A stretch of 58,959 nucleotides of DNA from Ancylonema sp. (Eukaryota), in contig JBFLGF010000201.1 in NCBI GenBank assembly GCA_050230475.1, forward strand, positions 1-58,959. The letters are read 5' to 3'. The position numbers were made by a program, and so were the translations under genes. Below the pieces are notes generated by a model. It saw nothing but the letters and a program-made list of their open reading frames with translations, was not told where the DNA came from and made no database searches. Below are positions 1 through 13,700 of the stretch, one piece after another (positions within the stretch are counted from its first letter, which is position 1; every line of letters begins with the position of its first letter).

Positions 1-2
1 AC

Positions 3-1369
3 CTGATTGGTCAGATTTGCCTCCAGCGTCACCCCCTCCACGTTGAGGTGGATCTGTGTGCTTCCCTCTCCAACTTTCAGGAAGCCGTGAGCGGTCGAAC
101 GCCACTCAAAGCTAGGGGGGGCAAGAGAAGAGGGGTCGTCGCGCACCGGGTGGCCGCCAGCTGTCACTGTCACATCCTGCGAGCAGACAACAGGCGTCGT
201 GTGGCGTCGTTTTTGTCAGCGCTGACGTCAGCAGCTTCGGGAGGGGAAGAACCGCAACAACCGGTTGGTCCAGACTGCAATCATTGCCCCATTCTCGGAA
301 CCTTCCTCCCTGTGCCTCCCCTCACCGTGGTGATGACATGTGTCACTTTCATTTTTCCGCACCCCTGCACCTTCTCATCATTCTCTGTCCCCTCATTCCA
401 GAGACAGCTGTCAGCCCCTGAGCCCTCTCCTGCCAGCTGGCAGTTCCTCGGGCTGTCTGACTGATAGCAGGCCATGAGAGTGATCATGTACTGGCCCGTG
501 GAGGGGATGTCGCCGATAATGGCACCCACATGGGTGCCCTGCTGGGGATCCACAATCTTGATATACCAGCCCTGGTGGGGATAGTGAAGTGGGTTGGTAG
601 TGGGCGGGAGGGAGGGGCGGGAAGGAGGGATCGGGGGTGGGGGTGGGGGTGGGGTGTAGGGGGCTGTTATAAGCATGTTGGGGTGCGCGTTCGTGTGTGG
701 GAATAGTTAAGGGTAGGCAGAGAGTTAGAAACAGATTGGTGATTGTAGGTGTTCGTGCTAGAGATGGTGAGGGAATGCGTCGAATTTTCCACACTATGCC
801 CAGAATGTTGAAGGGGGAGCGAGTGGCGACCTGACTGGGATTCAGGTGTTGTGAGTTGGTCAGTGGGCAGTGTGCAGTGAGGGATTACCAGAAGTTCAGT
901 TTTCCGGTGAAGCGAAAGGGAAACACAGAATGAGCACAGACTGGGAATTAAAGAGAATGAAACTCGATGTGCTAGCGCCTTGAAAGTATTAGTATTGAAT
1001 GCTTTGATGATGTACCAGCCATTAATTAGGATATGGAAGAAAAATCAGGCTAGACGATGTTAGTAAAAGATGTAAAGTCATCCGTCAGCAGGCCACTTGC
1101 ATTCCACTTTTCACCTCAAGCCCAAACGAAGATACGATGATAGTGTTAGAAAGTCAGGTGAGACATCGTCCACACACAGAATTAACCCAGTCATGATGTG
1201 AGCATTGACATACCTCGAACCAGGGACAGGGTGTAGCGTTTTGAGGGACTGATGGCAGGATCGCTGTGGGGCATTTTGGTACGTGAGGATCAAAAGGCGA
1301 AGCAACGGCTATCGCCAGTAAGAGAAACAGAGCGATGAAATAGCGGGCGCATGTAAAGGAAACCGTCAT
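3..1369 (-). CDS. Secreted tocopherol-cyclase-like protein; 5' three exons, gene continues off the window
   Basis: Exons 1369-1214, 571-326 and 176-3, all phase 0 with GT-AG junctions. Splicing gives MTVSFTCARYFIALFLLLAIAVASPF (signal-peptide-like)...PCPWFE|GWYIKIVDP, matching the FEGWYF(K/R) N-terminal motif of the tocopherol cyclase family. Confidence 0.7.
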
Positions 1370-3863
1370 CGGATCACAAGACAGGACCTGCAGACGTCCT
1401 AACGGAGGACCGCAATGTACGTGAAGCAGTCCCTCCTTCCTCTTCCCTCCCTTACATTTCGCGGTCGGCAGACTCTGACACTGGTACCGTACAACTTGTA
1501 CTGGCGTCTCATACGTCGAACGCCAAACGGATGGGTTTGGTACGGTTTGGTACGGTCCCTTCCTCGCCACCAGTTGGAGCTGGCCCAAGATGGGGCAGTT
1601 GGGTAGTTGGCGTTTGCGTTTCGAGCGTGTACCTAGCGCGCTCGTGCTCGGTGCGCGCTCGCTAATCTTCCAAGCGGCTCGTGCTCGGCTAGGACGCTTT
1701 GCGGACCCGGATGTCGCGGACGCGTCCGCTAGCGGACGTCTTCCGGATGTGTCCGAAAATTCCCTGTGGACTTCCGGGCACTAGGATATTCTTTAGGAGT
1801 TTTAGTTTTAGTTCCTCAAAACCCTATGGACGTCGTGCTATTGTATTTCCACCAAAAGGAATGGTACGGACGGTTGGATCACGTCTTAGGGTCGTCCGAT
1901 ATCATGTAGGTTGTAGGATCCCATGCCCGTTAATGCCCTCAGAACACTACTCTCTCCGCCGTCTGGCACTTTTTAGGTTTGATTGAAGTCCTCAAAGTAA
2001 TCGGACGCTTAGCGGATTGGGACGGCGCAAACGCGTTGGCTAGCGGACGTTTTTCAGACGCGTCCGTAAAAAAATATGACCCGTTTGGATGCTACTATCG
2101 GTGGGGCCGCCCCACCGATGAAGAAATATTTGTGATAAGCCGCATCCTTCTTGGCTTGAGAAAACGAGCAGGGCTAAAAAAGAAGCAATAGATTTCCGTG
2201 GTGACCATACTTGGGTGCGAGCCGCTCCGAAGATTTGGGAGCGCGTATCGAGCACAAATTCAATATTTCTAAGGATTCAATAATTTTCTGTGAATGATTT
2301 CACGTTTTTAGTCATCAAAAAAATGATCCGGGTTTTCGCTTCCGGGTTTCAATAACCAGGTAGCAATCTTTTTGGAAACACAATACGGTATATAGAACAT
2401 AGGGATATGTTGTAGGAATCAATATACCGTTTTCAGCCAATTAAAAACACGAAGATGCATAGCTTTTGTAGATACTCACGGAGAAACCATGTCCTAAAGG
2501 TCGCGGGAGTAATGTAATGCTATGCGAGCGCAAATGAAACATTCAAGGTGGTGACCCACCGTAAATGAACCCTAGACCGTACTTTGCTCCCAAAACTATT
2601 CCGAATTACTCGAATCTCATTCAGTTACCAAGTATTCGTAAAACTAGTCCCGGAAATTCGGTAGTTGTTGATATTTTTTGGCATTGATACCGGGATTCCT
2701 ACATGTACAATTTCAAATAATCCCAAAACGGAATGAATGTCAATTATATCCTCTGAATGCTATGAATATTCTAGTGATCATTGTAGTGGCATGAACCTTC
2801 GGAACCGGGTTCTAAGGTCCGCATCTTGAAAGGTTAGTACTTTGAGGCCCCAAAACGGGGACATAAGGTTTAGGGTAGAAGATGTATGACTTTGGCTTTC
2901 TTTTCCTTGCAATTTTTTCTTTTCAAGTGTAGAATTTCAAAATGTATCTTGTAAAATGCCGAATAAATATTCCCTCATGCCAATCACGAATGAAAAATGA
3001 GAAACTTTCGGAAAATATCGTTTTATTTTTGTGAAAATCTGGTGAAGTCCTTATCCTTCCCCCTCTTTTCTAAAGTTGTTGCAATTGTGAGGTTGTTGTG
3101 ATTTTGAATGTATTTGGTTACGCAAATAATTATACACAATATTTTTTCCAGAAGTTTTCAAGAGAAGTATGAATTGTACCTTGTTTCCTTGGATCTATCA
3201 TTTCAAAAACGATTTATTTTCATAGTCGATGTCTCCAACCGTTATTAGTCGCCTTTACTCATCGTCCCTTATTTCATCGTTTTATGATCATCACAATATA
3301 TGAAAGATAGTTCTTTTTATGAAATATGGTGACAACAATCAATACGATGACAAACTATAATGGCTTTTTTGCATACTTCCAAAGCTTTCGCAATACAAAA
3401 TTAGTGATCACCGAGTAAAATTGCTGAAATTGCATTGCTATATATACACTGTAAAAAGCTATGTCAAAACTGTGTTTGGTTGTGATTCAAATTCGAAATT
3501 GTATATACAATCCCTTCCCTATGAACTTTTTCCCAGCAATAATGTGTATGGTTGCTTGACCACAACATCATTGCTCTACATTCTTTGTAAAAAGAAATTC
3601 CTAGTATATATCCGCCATAATCTAGGAAAAGAACTCCTTTTCTCTTGCTTCTATGCTTCATTCTTGCAGCAAGGAGTACCGCAGTGTACATTGCTACATA
3701 AAGGTTACAGACATGAAAAAGGAAGAAGAAACGGAGCAGTAATTTACACTATCCTTACGAAAATAGACGTTGTGAATGATTCTGAGAATCAGTTTCCAAT
3801 GAAAACTGATTCTTATGTAGTTATATACTGTACGAGTTACTTTCCATGTAGTTATATATTTCC

Positions 3864-6800
3864 TCAAGCTGCTTGTTGAATTGTCCGTTTTCTTGCACAT
3901 TCTTCAAGCGCATGTGCCAACTCCTTCACATGGAAGGGTTTGGGGATGAAGCCTTCCATACCTACGGCCAGGCATTGCGCTCGATCTGACTCCAACACAT
4001 TTGCAGTTAAGGCGTATATACTTGGTCGTTCCTCCTTCGACCACTGCTCTTGAATGTGTTGAGTTGCTTCCAACCCGTCCATTTCTGGCATCTGCCATCC
4101 AAAACATCAAAAAATTCATCAGATGATGTACTATGTACGTCAAAGAAAATCCACTCCATAATTGTGTATTGTAAGGGTATGGCATAAATAATACATTGAA
4201 GTTCCGAGGAGAAAATATCTGCTCAGCTATACAAGTTTTCTCCAAGCAAGACAAGCATGTTTACATGTATACTTCAGTTTCACAACAATGACCGCAATTT
4301 GGAGATGATTTGAGAATGTTATAGTTCCAACCCATGACCATTGGCCTATTCCTTACCTGCAGATCCATCAACACCATATCAAATTTATCTTTTCGCAAAG
4401 CCTCCAGTGCCCGCAAGCCATTGCCAGCCACAGTGCAGGCATACCCGAGGCGGCACAATATCTTAGTGGCTACTTTCTGATTCACCAAGTTATCTTCACT
4501 GCACAATCAGAACAACCAAACTTCATGTCAGCTCACCCACTCTTCCCATCCATCGTCTGCAGTCAAAGCTCAATGGCAAGTCCAGTTTCTTCATGACTGT
4601 ACTTGGATTTCAATCACTACTATCTGGTTGCCATATGGGAAGCGGGCTAGGCATACAATCCAAGCCTTACGGAAAATCTAGAGCAGAAAGTCGACCAGAC
4701 AAGCAATACTGGCTCAATCCTCCCCCTCCACTTACACAAGCAATAACCGCAACGGCCACCTCGTTGCCATGCTTGTATCGAAGTCCGTTCCCGGCTCCAG
4801 ACTCGCAGTCGCTCGTTGCTTCAGACAGCTCAGTGGCCCTTGGCGAAACACCTCCACAAGCACACACTCGAGGTGGGACTGACGCACAGGCTTGCTTAGC
4901 ACCGCCACTTCTCCGACGCACTTCTCCTTGAGCTGAAAGTGATGGAAAAAAAGCCATTTGTTTCAGAGAGCGATGGGTGACAGTTTAGAGAAAACAAATG
5001 CGATTTCGGCTGCGAGCAAGGTTGGTTACTGTAACGCATACTGACAATCAATGAAAGTAAAGTGAACAAATGAGGTTAAAAAAAATCCAATCCTGTCCTT
5101 ACCTCGTTCACCTTCCCGTAGGGCGCCAGCAGCACGATAGGGACCGAGCTTTTCTTTGGCATCCACTCCAGTCGGGAGTCCAGAATCACCACTCCCACGC
5201 TGTTTTTCTCCATCAGCTCCTCCGCCACCTGTCTATCGCTGGCCGTCAACACGTCCATGCCAAGTGTCGCAAGGTGAGTCGCCAACGCTTGACAGCTGGC
5301 GGGATAAGCATCCACGACCAATGCCTTCCGCCCCTCCCACACGCCCCTGCCCCTCTCTTTCTCCAAGAGACTGCTGGGAGATGCCAACCTCTTCCCCTCT
5401 CCCTGGAAACTCCCCTGCCTCACAGCCTCTTGGGGGACAAAAGACTCTACCCCTCTCTGAACGCTGTCAGCGATGCAAATGGAAGGTCCGGGATCCGTCC
5501 ACGACCAAGCAGTGTCTACACTCAAGGCATTTTCCAGCTTGGAGCTGCCCCTGCTTCCCCCACTCGAGACCAGTTTCGTTACATCCGGCCTCCGGTTCAG
5601 TCCCATTGCTTCCATGTCTCTTCCTACAGCAGCCATCTCAAACTCGCACTCCTCTGCCACAGTTTGATCCACCCCTGACGCCGCCAGTGACTCCGCTCTG
5701 CTTACACGTAGCAGTTTTAATTGGCCGCCACTTTCCCCAGAGGAATCCGACTTCCGCTTTGTGAGAATGGGAACTGGCAACGATGGTGGGAGAGTCTGAC
5801 TTCCGTACCGTCCTTGCGCGGAACTCACTTCACTCTTAGGGGATAAAGAGATGCTCTTGACTCGCTCTACAGGGCTCCTCGGCCTTTCAGCGCTCAGCCG
5901 CACATTGAGTTTTGCCTGGGCCACTTCTGCTTGCTGCATGCCAGAGAATGCTCCCAAGAAATCTGGAGCCTGAGGACTGAACCTGGACAAAGTGCTGCTG
6001 TCCAGACTCTCTTCCCTTTCTGACGCAGCTCCAAGCACGAGTGTGAAGGTAAATTCCGACCCCCTTCCTTCTCCGTCGCTGCTCACAGAGATCTTTCCCC
6101 CCATTAGCTCCACCAGTTGGCGACAGATGATGAGCCCCAGACCTGCAAACAAAAAGAATCATAAAATATTGTTCAGTCTTTGAGATGTGCAGCACGATTT
6201 GAGCATATGTAACATGCTTTACACATATGTAGCACTCCTCAGCTCCTGCACCTTCTACCTTGCCATGTTGTGTACACTGAATTCATAACTCTTGACTTGG
6301 ACGCAATAGCCTGTTTTGGAATGCTGACCTGTTCCCCCGTATTTTCTGGTCATTGATGCGTCCACTTGGCTGAACGGCTTGAAAAGTCGGTCCATGTGCT
6401 CAGCCTTGATGCCTATGCCGCTGTCCTTCACCTTCACCTCCACTGTATGAACCACGCCACTGGATCCGCAGGAGGTGGACTGAAGGCGAGCTGACACTAC
6501 CACCTCTCCGTGGCGGGTGAATTTACAGCTGTTGCTGCAGAGGTTTACCAGAATCTGCGATCGCACAGGTCCCACGAGCAGAAATGCGACACTTAAGTAC
6601 ACTAACAAACACAAGTTCTTGGTATCATGAATATATGTCGGGGTATTACAAGGAATAGCTTGCGGGTCTGAGAAAGCAAGTACCAACAATCGAGTGGATG
6701 ACTGCTTTTTTTTACCGAATCTCATCCTGGATTCACATAACCCTATATTTAAGCTTCATCACCAGTATTACCTGTCTCAACCGATTCTCATCTCCCCTCA

Positions 6801-9680
6801 TCATCAATGGAACAGATGCATCAACACTGCAGATGAGCTCAATGTCGTTCTCGGCAGCTTTCAACTGCGCAGCAAACAACAGCCCTCACTGTCAGACATG
6901 TTAAGTAATCTTAAAAAACAGTCGAATAGAGCACACGGAATAACCATCAGGTCTGCTTTATCCAACCTGTCAAGTTTGAGTGCAGTACATATTCAGAGTT
7001 TTCCCTGAAGCTGGCTCGATTTGGTGTGGTATCAATGTGTGCAATTCGAGGCATTGTGGTAAGAGTGTACAACTTACCACCAATATGTCCACAGCTTCTT
7101 CTAAACAGTTGACGAAGTTGAAGTTACGCTGCTCCGACGCAAGCTCGTTCGCTTCAATCTTTGAGAAGTCCAAAATATCTATGGACGAAACAGGTGCACA
7201 CAAAGAAGCACAAAAGGTCATATGGAGTAGGGCAACTGCGCAATGGACAATTCTGTTACACATCCTACACCAAACAGTCTTCAACATACATCCACACCAC
7301 AACATCTGTCGATTGGTGTACATACACGATACACAGATGCATGGGAGGTCGACCACTCGAAATAATGAAATGACTCCCGCAATTTTCTACATGGTTTATT
7401 CAGATCAGTATCTCCCCTAAGTCATGCTACATCATTAACTGTTACCTGATATGATTGCGAGAAGCGCATCTCCACTTGTGCGGATTGTATCAACAAATCC
7501 ACGCTGCTCCTCGCTGAGCGTTGTGGACAGAAGCAGATTAGTCATCCCGTAGACCCCATTCATGGCTGCGAATTTCGTGCGACATTGAGGCCTGAACAAA
7601 CATCCATGGAAAAGAATGGCTCACTGTTTAGGTGAAGGCATTAAGACCATTCACTGTCACCATGACCCCCCCCCCCGTATTAACAATTATCGAATGCAGT
7701 GATGGATATAGTGAGTTAAGGTTGCTGAGGTGCTCACATGTGCTGAACGCAATACATATCACTTGTGATGTACACGATGCGAAGATGCATACACGAATAA
7801 CCTAAAGTTTGTGATATCTGTAACAACTGGCGCTACGCAGCTGATCTGCATGCGCTACTGCTGGTCACTGGTCGACGAACATAAGCCCCAAATTGTTCTA
7901 AACCCCCCCAGACGATCATCTCAGAACCAGAGCAGGAGGGGAGCTGTACTGCGGAGGTGCAGCGGGTTCTGCTCCTTTCTCACATCACCAGTGGAGACCA
8001 TGATGTTTACTGGTGTGGATGTGTACTGGTGTGGGTTTCTTCTTCACTGTCTGCTGACTGCTTAACTTCTTAAATAGTGCGTTGGTAACAATGGCGCAAC
8101 TCAACTTCCCAGATATGATTAGTCACTTACCAAAAAACGACTTTTGAGCTGGTTGGCTGATTCGCTCTCCCTTCTGGCTTGTTTCAATTCCTCCACAAAG
8201 ACAGAGAACCGTCCTGACTGCTCCCTCGTGGAATCAGAATTCTGCACAAAACACATTGCGGGCTACCATCAAATCCTATTCTACACACCACAACCGTACC
8301 TGTGAAATATAATAAACCACTAATATTTCCTACACCCATGAACAGCAGGGAGGACTTACAATGGATCGATGCCTGTGTAGCTCTGATATTCTCGTATCAA
8401 CTTGCGCTTGTTTAAGCTCAAAACCCCTTGATTGCGAGCCTTGAAGGTTCGCTAGTAGGGTTCTGAGCCTCTCACATTCCTCCTGAGCTTTCTTCACCGG
8501 TGTGATATCAGAAGCCACTACGATAATGGCAGTGAGGGTACTTTGGGGACTCATAACAGGGTGATATGTAGCCTGCAAGTAGAAAACAGTCAATTAGGTC
8601 AAACTCTGGGAGAGGTCTGGAGGAGATCAGCAGAGAGTCAAAGTCTGCAAACGTTCTGCTTCAAAAAAAAATGTAGACAACTATTACATGTTCAATAATA
8701 TTGAGATCTTTTCAGTGCGACAGGAGGGGTTTTCTGTGCCCGAAATTAGACCTGCAGAAGGACCACTATATAGATGTCCTGTAGAACTCAAAACTTAATA
8801 ATATCTCCTTCGGCTACTCCCTACCGTTACTGGTGACTTATCATCGTGGAAAGAACCAAGTTCTAAGAGGTCTGAGACAACCGGAGAAATAGATCAAGTG
8901 CTGAAACCCTGCTAAACCCTGCTCACTTACTTGCACAAATTCGCAGCAACCTGCCCCTTCCTTTAGCGTAGCTTCTCCACTCCAGGACCTTCCTTCATGG
9001 AGGCTCATCATGACTGCGGACTGGACCTCTATACTCCATTTGAACGGAGCTAGTGTGGCCAAACTCTGACCGATGACTTCGTCTTTCTTCCAGCCATACA
9101 TTCTCTCGGCAGAAGCATTTCTGGAACATGTGAAACAATACAATCCCAGCCGCTATGATGAGATACAGAAAACGATGGCGCAGAACAAAATGCCATCACA
9201 TGGGTTGTACGTCGCGTCACACACGACGGGGGGCCGTTATTCGATTGCAAACATAACATAAATCGCTGTTTCAGTTTCTGCTGAAGACTAGCGTTACAAG
9301 TTTATGGAGGTTGCAAATAGGAAGAAGAGTTTGTTACATTGAGGTGAGGTTTCCTCCGTCATCCGTTGTGACCACGGCTTGTACCCCAGCTATATCAATG
9401 GACGAAATGTATTTGGCTTCGTCGAGAATATTCAGCAGTTGGCACCTTGATATAGCTGCAGGCCACGAGATTCAAATCAGTCGCTTGAAAACAACTCACC
9501 AGTCCAATGGCAGCATTCCAGTGTGCAGGAAGCATGCTCACCTTGCAGCTTGGAGTCGGAATCGTGTACACATTCCCTTAGAAGTCTCCCCATGTGCAAT
9601 GATGTACTCTGTTTTGAACTCATTCTATCACGATGAACATTCAAATCAGGTTGTTCACAGCTGACGTTCGGTTCCAACAT
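3864..9680 (-). CDS. Soluble PAS-domain hybrid histidine kinase (PAS-HisKA-HATPase-REC-like-REC), ~980 aa; 2-nt frameshift in the H-box as assembled
   Basis: 13 exons: 9680-9542, 9455-9338, 9120-8931, 8572-8360, 8241-8131, 7591-7446, 7178-7078, 6864-6772, 6554-6329, 6142-5103, 4932-4736, 4498-4357, 4091-3864. Motifs: PAS ([17 protein letters not shown]...WSGE...VASDIT), H-box [16 protein letters not shown]-box [14 protein letters not shown]1 VKDSGIGI, F-box FKPFSQVD, G2 YGGTGLGL, REC-like ALVVDAYP...SKPV, REC LLVEDN...MDLQMPEMDG...LTA...PKPF. Confidence 0.92.
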
Positions 9681-10741
9681 GACCCCAGTCTCTTTTTACT
9701 CCAAAACCTCCGACTACCGTTAGCGCCCAGTTTGTAATCAGCGTCACGAAGTATTTACTATCTGAAAAAGTAACCTAACGCTGCTCGGAGGAGCCAACGA
9801 AGCGCTTGTCGATACTTGGACTAAAATGATTGCAAGTCGGAAGGTACTTCGTAAAAAAGCCTCGCAAACCACTCTCACTGCCACCCCTATGCCAAGCGAA
9901 AATTAGGTACACTTTTTGCCATCTCCTCCCAAATGCTTGCCAGGGTTAATCCACCGCGTTATGTAATTTTCTCATCCGTCCTTTCTCGTGCGGCCGTTTG
10001 TGTGCTCGGGCATGTAATCCAGGCCACATGTGCGAGCCCTCGCCTCGGGCTGCTGTCGGCAATCTTCCGGACGAAAAGTAAAAGACGGGCGGGAAACTCG
10101 GGCTACTTGACACCTGCCACGGACTTTCGCCACAAGAAAGTCGGCAGTATTGTTGAACCATCCCTGGCCACAAGGGCTAATCTTGTCACATGCAGAGAAA
10201 AGGAAGGTAGGCCAGCTGGGGTGCTCGCTGTGCTGAAAAAGGCGTGGCCCAACACCTCCCAACAATTTCAACGAATGGGGATCAATGCCATGACTGAACA
10301 GAGGACACGTGACGACCAAACTATGGCTGACTATTTTGAAGTGCATCACGATTGATTTGCGCTGTTGGAGCCTTTTCCGGCTAGTCATCATGACCGCAAT
10401 CTGCTTTTCTTGAGGAAACCGTCTCAAACATGCTGATGTTTAGCCGCTCGAGCACGTGACGTATTGGCGGTATTGGCGGTAGCAGGTGTGTACTTCTCTC
10501 GTGTCCACGGGGATACGTAGCGTTGTTAGCGTTGTTACGACCCGTCAAAAACAATATCGGGCTGCGGGCTGCAGATTGGGAGCCGGCATGCTGCGACTTT
10601 GAGCTAGCTGTGGGCTGAGAGCACTGCCAGTCCGCAGCCCAGGCCGTCTGGGTGGGCTCCACGTTCACCAAAAAATCAAAAAAATCGGATGTCGACTTAT
10701 GGAGCCAAGGCGACGATTCGGATCAGGAATTCCTGTGCCAT

Positions 10742-13700
10742 ATGGCCATCCAGCTACTTCTAGCGGTGCAAGCAGTGGCGTGTTTTCTGCTCGTGTCGGT
10801 GAGCAATTGTCAATACACAGCCATCAGGACTCGAGTGCGTTTGAAATCTGAGCTCGGGTGGCTTGTGTCTTTCAGGCCGCGTCCCCTGCGCCGGATATTT
10901 TGGTGGTCGGTGGTACAGTTGTTAATGCTGACAGCGCGAGCAGGAGTGACGTTCTCATTTCTGGTAGCCTCGTCGTCGCAGTCGCGGAAGATTTGGAGGT
11001 GAGGAGTCGTGAAGTTCTCGTTCCAACGACCTTGGCTTACATGACATCAAACATTTTCGCATAGTATGGACGTCGAGTCTACAGTGTAGACGCACAGCAT
11101 GTGGGCCCTTGTTTTTCTAACCGAAATTCGAATCACAAGAGTTTCATTGGCAAATTCATTCGTACACTCATGTAGCTAGGCGCTTAAAAATGTTGCTCCC
11201 ACATAGAGCAGAACAGTTTTTCAGTGATTGAGAACAAGCAGGATGTGAAACTTCAGAAAAGTACTTCTGTATGCATGTGTGTTTAGCAGCTATATCAAAC
11301 CTCGTGATCAGCATTTCGAACACACATGTCTCAAGTGATTTTTGTCTCTGTGAACCGAAGCATCTTCACTCGTAGTAGTTGGGACCCCACAAAACGAGAG
11401 ACTTTCATGATCATCCCTTTCATCCTCACCAGGCCCCATAGCCAAAGCACTACATATGGATATCCGCATTGCAATGAACACCAGCGTGCCCATTGTCCAT
11501 TTACCTTTGACATTAACTTCGACGTTGACTTCGACCTTACTCGTCCCTGGAGCGATTATCTGCATGCAGGTGCCGGATCATGTCATCAGGATTGATGCCA
11601 CTGGGATGTATGTCATGCCAGGTAAGACACAGGAGACGAGACACATGAGAACTGATGCATTTCTTTTCAAACATCCTAAATCAAACTTCGGGGTTTCAGC
11701 AGAGTAACAGACTTCAAGCCTTCAGTGCACAGTTTTTGCTTCACTGCCACAGGGACGGCGTGATGCCGCAATGCTGGTCCAGATTATTGGTCTGTACAAG
11801 GTATGCAACAAAGCAACGCGGTGCAAATCAAGAGGGTATTTACGAAGGAGATCATGCATTACCAATGTAAACCGCAATGAACATGTAGTGGTACCCATCA
11901 GCAACAGAACTTGCAGACAAGCTGCGCAGTAGTTTGACAAGTAATTTGACTGCCTCCCTAACTATCAGGGATGCACAACCGAAAACTTTCAGTATCCATG
12001 TTTTCACGATCTAGAACGAGTACCTCACATTGACACCCGACTTAACGAGGGTGTCATTGGCAGCTACACGGCGTGTCCACACAACTATACTCCGTAAACA
12101 ACATCTAAGAATGATCATCCAAAAAGAGCTCCACAGATTGATACGGGTTCAGAAGTTCCCGTTGGCCAACGGCAAATGTAACGTAAGGTAGCAGGATGAA
12201 GGACTGAGATGACGTGGCGGGTTGAGGTGTGGCCAGGTGGTATCGATCCCCGTGTCCACATGGAAATGCCGAAAATGCAGAGGGATTTTTCTCCGGCACC
12301 AGGGCAGCGCTGGTGGGAGGGATCACTACGGTTATCGACTTCGCCCTGTCTGTAGAGGGGGATGAGGGGCTGCTGGCCAGCTTTGATTTCTGGGAACAGC
12401 GGGCGGAGGAAGAGGCGGTGACCGACTTTGGACTGCATGCGGTTATCACCAGGTGGAACCGGGATGTGGAGTCGGATATGGAGGTCCTTGCGCGCAACAG
12501 AGGTGTGAACAGCTTCAAGATGTACATGGCGCACACGGGCAGTCCCAATGTGGATGACGCGGCGCTGCTCCACATCTTCACCAGGTGTCGCCACCTCGGG
12601 GCGCTCCCACTCATCCACGCCGAAAACAACGCAATGGTGGTCCAAGGCCGAAAGAGAATCTTTGCGGAAGGGATCACGGGACCGGAAGGGCACGCCCTCT
12701 CTCGCCCTGCCGTTGTCAGAACCCTGAACCCCAACCGAGACCCAACCGCCTCCGCCCGCCCGGTAGGGTGTGTGAGTGAAGCTGGAGAGCGGGGTCGGGG
12801 TTCAGGTGGAGATCGAAGGCAGCCAGCGCGCCATTCGCCTGGCTGCCCTGCTCAACTGCCCGCTGTACCTTGTCCATGTCACGTGTGCGGAGGTGGCGGA
12901 GGAGATCAGTCGGGCTGCGGTTGGGGGGCAGAAGGTGGTGGGGGAGGTGCTCATCTCCTCCCTCGCATTCAACGAATCCGTGATGTGGCACCCAGACTAT
13001 GATGTGGCAGCCAGGTAAGCGAATCGAAATCCAAGATATTAATCAGATACGGAAGTGCGGTTCAGGTCCACCTACAAACTGACACGTGTCTTTGTGGGCA
13101 GCTTCATCACGAGCCCTCCTATCCGCTCTTCTCGGGATGGCAGAGCTCTGGCCAATGCGCTGGTGACAGGTGTCCTCCAGAGCGTTGCCACGGACCATCT
13201 GGTGTTCACGCAGGCTCAGAAGCGAGAGGGACTGGGCGACTTTCGCGCCATCCCCATAGGCTTCAATGGTGGGGCGATATGCGAATAGGGCGATATGGGG
13301 CGATGTGGGGCGATATGTAGATAGGATTCAGAATTCGGGTTTCAGAGTTCGGGGTTTAGGGCCTAGGAGTACCTTATTAAGTCCACTCGACTCATTTGTC
13401 CCACAAAAAGATGTGGGACCCTGACCCGTGTCCCTGGGTGGGTTGTCCAGGGGTGGAGGAACGATTGCATGTGCTGTGGGATATTATGGTGGTGAGTTGT
13501 CGTACTTTTGCTATCTTCAGCCCCCATTCTGCTTCATGTGTGAAAATGGTGTAGGCAGTGGTTATGACTTTGACAAGGAACCGTAGGCCTAGATATCCGT
13601 ACGTTTCCCGTGGGGATGTATCGCTTTTTCATTTTCTGGTAGCTGGTTTCTTATTGGCTCCTGTTTTGTTTTATTTTTTCTGGTGCAGAACGGGGGGGCA

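Noticed and set aside
1690..2070. GGACG/CGTCC motif clusters and ORF 1979-2191
   Set aside because: Look like transposon subterminal repeats, but no TIR or TSD could be fixed and the ORF has no recognisable domain.
9933..10671. Overlapping 96-151-aa ORFs between the kinase and dihydropyrimidinase
   Set aside because: No recognisable domain or splice support. More likely 5' UTR/promoter of the divergent pair.
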